From Promethearchaeota archaeon (GTDB taxonomy: Archaea > Asgardarchaeota > Lokiarchaeia > Sigyniarchaeales > SOKP01), in contig JBHLNZ010000080.1 in assembly GCA_048941015.1 (NCBI GenBank), forward strand, positions 1 to 12,718: a DNA stretch of 12,718 bases. The letters are read 5' to 3'. Positions within the stretch are counted from its first letter, which is position 1; every line of letters begins with the position of its first letter. The position numbers and the translations under genes were made by a program. This document shows positions 7,473 to 12,718 of the stretch, one piece after another. Below the pieces are notes generated by a model. The model was not told where the DNA came from. It did no database searches and was given only the letters and a program-made list of their open reading frames with translations.

Positions 7473-8471
7473 TCATTCTTTATAATGTTCGGTTAGAATC
7501 TTAATAGCATCTTCCATATCTTTTAACGCTTTTTTTCTTTCTTTAGAAGTTAAGTTATAGAAATCCTCTTCTAAATTTCTTCCTATTTTGTGAGTTTGTG
7601 TAGACTGTTTAAATTTTTTATAAACTAAAGCATTTATATAACGCTCATAATAATTTAAAGCTTTATTAAGTTCAGGGTGATCTTTAATTTTGTCCCATAA
7701 TTCAAGAGTTTCCAAAGAACGAATGCCTATATCAATTCTAAACCAACTTATAGGAAATAATAATTTCTTCTTGATACCGTATTCAATAACTTTAATGTTA
7801 TCTTCATCAATATAAACTTCAGGTATTTCGTCTTTGCTGAATACTATATTATCGCTGATGATATAAAGATTTGCGGCATTCCGAGAGGTGCAAACAAGTC
7901 CTACAGCAAATCCCTTAGCTAATCTCAACATATTTATCAAATCCTCTAATTTTGAGCCTTTAATATGAACATGTTGTTTCTTTGTACCTTGAAACTCGAC
8001 TTTGATTTTTTTAATGCCTCGATCATCTAATATTTTTGGAAATAATTCATTTTCTCTAGACCTCTTATGTGCTTCAAGTAATTTATTTATAATAGCATAA
8101 TCGAGTTTAAGTCCAGGAATTACACTAGAACTTGCATCAAGGAAAGCATCAACTTCAAAATCGGCTATTCCGTAAAATATCTTACGATTATTTATTATTT
8201 GATAAATTGTTTTAATAATAGCATCTACTAATGCTTCTGGATCTTCACGAATAGAATCAAATTCCATCGTAGTAAATGTGTCAATTTGATCTTCCAATCC
8301 CTTTTCATCATAAAAAGCAGCCCAGGACATTTCAGTATAAATAATTCCTTCATTATAGAAATTGTGTGCACTGTCAATACTAACTATTAATTTAGTGCCT
8401 CCAATCTCTACACCTTCCTTAGTCCCCGAGGCTAAAATTGCCGAAGGAGGATTATAAAATTCAAGCGACAA
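7473..8471 (-). CDS. Hypothetical protein (332 aa) with apparent internal tandem duplication
   Basis: Long ORF in AT-rich DNA, TTG start, stop 6 nt from the convergent gatC stop; no family recognised; colinear similarity between residues ~16-137 and ~162-277. Confidence 0.8.
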   Translation of the reverse strand: MSLEFYNPPSAILASGTKEGVEIGGTKLIVSIDSAHNFYNEGIIYTEMSWAAFYDEKGLEDQIDTFTTMEFDSIREDPEALVDAIIKTIYQIINNRKIFYGIADFEVDAFLDASSSVIPGLKLDYAIINKLLEAHKRSRENELFPKILDDRGIKKIKVEFQGTKKQHVHIKGSKLEDLINMLRLAKGFAVGLVCTSRNAANLYIISDNIVFSKDEIPEVYIDEDNIKVIEYGIKKKLLFPISWFRIDIGIRSLETLELWDKIKDHPELNKALNYYERYINALVYKKFKQSTQTHKIGRNLEEDFYNLTSKERKKALKDMEDAIKILTEHYKE

Positions 8472-8627
8472 AATGGAATTCTCATTGAATATTTAATTTT
8501 TACGGTTAAATAATTATTTTAATCCATTAATTACGATCTTAAATATAATAGATAAAAATTTATATAAATAATTAGTGAAAACGATAGTTTAAACTTATTT
8601 TTTGTAAAAATTAAATGATTTAACCTT

Positions 8628-10847
8628 TTAAGTACTAGGAAGTCTAAATTTGAAAGTTGAACCTTTATTTTTTCCTTCAGATTCTGCCCAGATAAGTCCA
8701 CCATGTAATTCAATAATCTCTTTTGAAATATGAAGTCCTAATCCTGTACTTACCAATCCAACTTCTGTTTCTGTATATAACCCTTTATGAATTCTACTAA
8801 ATTTTTGGAAAACTTTGTTGATTTCATCCTCCATAAGTCCAATTCCAGTATCAGTTATGGTAAATTCTACAAAATTATCTAATCTTTCTAATTTGATATC
8901 AATTTTTCCATTAACTGGTGTGTATTTAATAGCATTTGAAATTAAGTTTATTATAACAAGTTCAATCCGAGATTTATCAACTTCTAAAATTATTGGAGAA
9001 GGAATAGATAACGTATATGTTTGATTTCTATTTTTTATTAAATAACTTATTTCATTAATACATTGCTTTACCATTTCACTTAAATCGACTTTTTCTTTCT
9101 CTAATTTAAATTTATCTGATTCAATTCTGGAAATATCAAGCAAATCATCAACTAATTTTTTAAGTCTTTTTGTTCCACCAAATGCTAATTTAAAAATTTC
9201 TAATTGTTCTTTATTAAATTCATCTTTATAAAGAGTATCTAATAATTGATAAGCACCATAAATTGTAGTAATAGGGGTTTTTAATTCATGGGATGCTTTA
9301 TCAATAAAATCTTTTCTAAGTTTATCTAATTCTTTTAACCTTTTCTCAATTTCCTTTTTTTCAGAAATATCGTAACCCATTATCATAATAAATGTTTTAT
9401 CACCAAATTTGACAAAGGTTGATTCAATATTTACCCATATTGAAGTACCATCTTTCTTAAATAATTCCAGATCTATAGGAGGAATAGGCTCCCCTTTTCC
9501 AACTTTTTTAAGGCGTTCCAATAATACAGGTAAATATCTTTTTGGAACAATTGGGAGGGTAGCATATCTTTTGCCAATCAATTCGCTTCTTTCATATTCA
9601 ATCAAATTTTCTAATGACGGATTACAATCAACTATTTTACCAGTTATATCAATTAATAAGATAGATGCTGGTGACTTCTCAAATAAAAACCTATACTTTT
9701 CTTCTGAATCTTTTAATTCTTTTTGGGCCTTTTTCCTTTCACTAATATCCATAAAAGAAATTAAATATGCGGGTTTATCTTTAAAATTTATGATTTTGTA
9801 ATATATATCTAACCAAATAACTTCATTGTTTTTCTTAATACCTCGAGCTTCATAAGATCTTACTCCATCCTTTAGTTCATTATTTAAATCTAATGCTAAT
9901 TGTATAACCATTTTTTTATCATCTGGATGAATAGTCTTGAAAAATTCGCTTGGTTTCCAATTTATAATTTCTTCCACACTATAACCTAATAAATCAGCAA
10001 GATTGTTGTTTACATATTTAACAATTTCATCTTGAATAATACAAATTCCCAATAGAGATTGTTCTGCTATTGTTCTAAATTTTTCTTCAGAATCTTCGAT
10101 TTTTTGTTGAGCAATTTTCATCTCTGTTATATCATGAATTATGCTTCTTATCCCAACAACTCTATTATTTTTGAAAATTCGTTTTCCATAAATATTTGCA
10201 TAAAAAAAGGTACCATCTTTTTTCCTTAACTTTATAATAAGAGGTTCTACATAATCTCCGTTAACTAAAGATTTTAAATTTTTTAAAAGGTAATCTTTAT
10301 CATCAGGTGCTATGAATTGAAAAACATTAAGTCCTTTATTAAAATCTTCATCTGAATATCCAAATTTTTTAGATGCGGCAGAATTTGTGTAAGTTATTTG
10401 ATAATTTAAATCTATTTCAAAAATAACCTCTGGTAAAGAATCTGCAAGATCTCTATATTTTTGTTCTGATTCTTTAATTCTTTCAGCACTTTTTATTCGT
10501 TCAGTAATATTTCTTGTTATAATCATAAATTTTAGTTTTCCATCTTCATCAATGAATTTTTTACCATTACTTTCTGTCCAAAGATAAGTCCCATTCTTAT
10601 GCTTAATCCGTGCTTGTACGAAGCCTTCTCCTTTACTGATTGCTTGATCAAAAGACTCTTGAATTCCTTTGATATCATCTGGATGAATTAAATCAATTAT
10701 ATTTTTATTTTTAAGATCTTCAAAATTGTAGCCCATTATCCTTTGATGTACTTTCTCATTAATATATTCTATTTTAAAATCAGTAGTTATGATGATTAAC
10801 ATATCATTAGCATGTTCTGCTAACAATTTGTATTTTTCTTCACTCAA
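8628..10847 (-). CDS. Soluble sensor histidine kinase with four PAS/PAC domains
   Basis: Four units opening SEEKYK/SEQKYR/SEEKFR/SEEKYR and closing NITE/DITE/DISE/DISE; H box ASHELKTP, N box NLISNAIKY, G1 DTGIG, F box FQKF, G2 TGLGL; no transmembrane segment; TTG start with an in-frame stop shortly upstream. Confidence 0.95.
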   Translation of the reverse strand: MSEEKYKLLAEHANDMLIIITTDFKIEYINEKVHQRIMGYNFEDLKNKNIIDLIHPDDIKGIQESFDQAISKGEGFVQARIKHKNGTYLWTESNGKKFIDEDGKLKFMIITRNITERIKSAERIKESEQKYRDLADSLPEVIFEIDLNYQITYTNSAASKKFGYSDEDFNKGLNVFQFIAPDDKDYLLKNLKSLVNGDYVEPLIIKLRKKDGTFFYANIYGKRIFKNNRVVGIRSIIHDITEMKIAQQKIEDSEEKFRTIAEQSLLGICIIQDEIVKYVNNNLADLLGYSVEEIINWKPSEFFKTIHPDDKKMVIQLALDLNNELKDGVRSYEARGIKKNNEVIWLDIYYKIINFKDKPAYLISFMDISERKKAQKELKDSEEKYRFLFEKSPASILLIDITGKIVDCNPSLENLIEYERSELIGKRYATLPIVPKRYLPVLLERLKKVGKGEPIPPIDLELFKKDGTSIWVNIESTFVKFGDKTFIMIMGYDISEKKEIEKRLKELDKLRKDFIDKASHELKTPITTIYGAYQLLDTLYKDEFNKEQLEIFKLAFGGTKRLKKLVDDLLDISRIESDKFKLEKEKVDLSEMVKQCINEISYLIKNRNQTYTLSIPSPIILEVDKSRIELVIINLISNAIKYTPVNGKIDIKLERLDNFVEFTITDTGIGLMEDEINKVFQKFSRIHKGLYTETEVGLVSTGLGLHISKEIIELHGGLIWAESEGKNKGSTFKFRLPST

Positions 10848-10917
10848 GATTAAAGAAAACTCTCTTTTTAAAGTGTTATATAATTAATTTATTTAAATAA
10901 CGAAATTTATTTGAATT

Positions 10918-10963
10918 TGATACAAATAAAAATACAGATTTATGATTTATTCTATTTGTATCA
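10918..10963. repeat. Perfect 11-bp inverted repeat with 24-nt spacer
   Basis: TGATACAAATA (10918-10928) and TATTTGTATCA (10953-10963), between the acyl-CoA synthetase stop and the kinase start. Confidence 0.6.
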
Positions 10964-11026
10964 TTTTTTTATATATAGTAAAAATTTCCGTATAAAAATT
11001 TTTTTTAAAAGATAGACGGTTTATAA

Positions 11027-12538
11027 TTATTTCAATTTATTACGATAATCTACATATTTAGAAAGTACTGAAAGACATTTCGTAGGATAATCCCACAATT
11101 CAAAAATTGGGACATCATATGAGATAAATTTTTGATACCAAGGATATTTATAGGGAAAAGGTCCTGCATAAAAAACAGGTATAGAATATTTTTTCATTAA
11201 TCGTTTGATTGGTCTTAATACTGCATTATCTATCATTTCATTCATTGTTTTCATCTCTTCACTAATAATCATACCTGACTTTTCCATCGTGTCTATCACC
11301 TCATCAAAATCGAAAACTCCATAAACTATTATACTATCTACTTCATTTGATTTCATTAAAATTTTAGGAAATTTATAAAACAGATTCATGAAATTAACAT
11401 CAAAAGTGACATCTATAGGATTATTTGCACTTGCTGTAGAAGGTATCAAATCTGAAATCTCTGCATTTAAACCATCAGAAAATTCTGGTACTTCTAAACC
11501 ATAAAGTTCAGCTGTTTTAGCCATCATACTTCCACTTCCTCCTGAATCAGTAACAATTGCTACTCTTTTTCCTTTTGGAAAGACATTATATTCTTTTGCG
11601 AAAGAAAAAGCTCTTAAATAATAAAGAAATTCCAAAATCAGGTCTGTTTGAATTATACCTGTTTCCCTAAAAACAGCCTTAAACACTTTCTGGCTACCTG
11701 CTATTGAGCCCGTATGACTCTTTATGGATCTTATAGCAGCTTTAGTGCCTCCTGCATAAATTGCTACGATTGGCTTAGTTTTAGTAATCTCTTTAGCTAT
11801 TTTAATGAATTGCTTTCCCCTTTTAATTTCTTCAATATATAGTCCGATTACATCAGTTTGAGGATCATTTTTTAAATATTCTAAACAATCAACCATATCA
11901 ATATTTCTTTCATTACCGACAGATAATGATTTACTAATTTTAACGCCATATTCCTTAGCATGCCAAAAAGTTTGAGCAGCAATGGTTCCTGATTGACTAA
12001 CAATAGATACATTCCCTCTTTGAGGAATAGCATAAGGCCAAAAAGTATTAAAAAATGCATTTTCCTTTTCAGGATATCCATACCAACCATTATAGATTCC
12101 TAAACAATTAGGACCAATAAATCTAATACCATATTTTTTGGCAATTTCATCAATTTTTTTCGATAATTTTATACCTTCAGAACCACTCTCTCTAAATCCA
12201 CCAGAGGTTATAAGAAGATGTTTAATTCCCTTTTGACCACATTGTTCCATAACTTCTGGAACTACGGTGGTTGGTAAAATTAAGAATGCCATCTCTGGGA
12301 TGATTGGTAGGTCCATAATTGATTTGTATGCTTTATAACCCTGGACACTTTCTAATCTTGGGTGAATAGGAAAGATATTATCATCTAATCCTTTTCCCGC
12401 ACGAATGTTTCTTAATTGCATTGAACCCATAGTGGTTAATAAGTTATTGTTGGCTCCAAAAATGGCAATACTTTTAGGATTTAAGATTGAATGCAGAAAA
12501 TGATCTTTATTGGGAATCTTTTTATTCTTTTGAGACAA
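11027..12538 (-). CDS. acdA: ADP-forming acyl/acetate-CoA synthetase, alpha subunit
   Basis: LNPKSIAIFGA CoA-binding fold, GGFRESG, IGPNCLG, VSQSG, SVGN, SHTGSIAG (phosphorylated His loop), NNPIDV; 503 aa with no fused ATP-grasp domain; TTG start. Substrate cannot be assigned. Confidence 0.88.
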   Translation of the reverse strand: MSQKNKKIPNKDHFLHSILNPKSIAIFGANNNLLTTMGSMQLRNIRAGKGLDDNIFPIHPRLESVQGYKAYKSIMDLPIIPEMAFLILPTTVVPEVMEQCGQKGIKHLLITSGGFRESGSEGIKLSKKIDEIAKKYGIRFIGPNCLGIYNGWYGYPEKENAFFNTFWPYAIPQRGNVSIVSQSGTIAAQTFWHAKEYGVKISKSLSVGNERNIDMVDCLEYLKNDPQTDVIGLYIEEIKRGKQFIKIAKEITKTKPIVAIYAGGTKAAIRSIKSHTGSIAGSQKVFKAVFRETGIIQTDLILEFLYYLRAFSFAKEYNVFPKGKRVAIVTDSGGSGSMMAKTAELYGLEVPEFSDGLNAEISDLIPSTASANNPIDVTFDVNFMNLFYKFPKILMKSNEVDSIIVYGVFDFDEVIDTMEKSGMIISEEMKTMNEMIDNAVLRPIKRLMKKYSIPVFYAGPFPYKYPWYQKFISYDVPIFELWDYPTKCLSVLSKYVDYRNKLK

Positions 12539-12718
12539 AAATTAAACCAAAATTTGTTAATTTGATAATCCATGACATAGGGTACTTAAATAAATTAAGC
12601 TATGAATTTGAATTTTATTAAAAGAGAACAATATAGCACTTGTTTTTATTTAATAAACTCTAATAAGACTATTTTTCCCGTTTTAAAAAATTTTGATAGC
12701 TTTATCATTCTTAATATA

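Noticed and set aside
8531-8713. 60-aa minus-strand ORF
   Set aside because: Out-of-frame overlap with the kinase 3' end, running into AT-rich spacer; no motif.
8815-9024. 69-aa plus-strand ORF
   Set aside because: Antisense shadow of the kinase catalytic domain.
9409-9801. 130-aa plus-strand ORF
   Set aside because: Antisense shadow of a PAS domain, with the Ser/Phe/Ile-rich composition typical of such frames.
10884-10896. TTAATTTATTTAA also present in reverse orientation upstream of acdA (about 12586-12598)
   Set aside because: Purely A/T and low complexity; expected by chance in these spacers.
11881-12090. 69-aa minus-strand ORF
   Set aside because: Alternative frame nested inside the acyl-CoA synthetase gene.
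1-12718. CRISPR arrays, tRNA/rRNA, IS or integrase genes
   Set aside because: No regularly spaced repeats, GC-rich structured RNA segments or transposase/integrase motifs seen; intergenic gaps are all about 200 nt or less.

Overview
Very AT-rich prokaryotic DNA. The gene content (two-gene SufC/SufB-type Fe-S system, ADP-forming acyl-CoA synthetase alpha chain, stand-alone gatC, soluble multi-PAS histidine kinase, oligo-T terminators, TTG starts) suggests an archaeon, possibly Asgard/Lokiarchaeia-like; this is inference only. Plus strand: 5'-truncated SufC/SmsC ATPase, SufB/SmsB scaffold, peroxiredoxin-like CxxC protein, winged-HTH protein, an 87-aa ORFan and gatC. Minus strand: acyl-CoA synthetase alpha subunit, 4xPAS histidine kinase, a 332-aa unknown protein, a small Cys4 zinc-ribbon protein, and a MoxR-like AAA+ ATPase paired with a HExxH-metallopeptidase/VWA protein. 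The best candidates for undescribed biology are (i) the AAA+/metallopeptidase-VWA module, whose ATPase has a four-Cys insert and a long C-terminal extension, and (ii) the 332-aa protein, which appears to be a diverged tandem duplication of a domain I do not recognise. I found no rRNA, tRNA, CRISPR array or mobile element.
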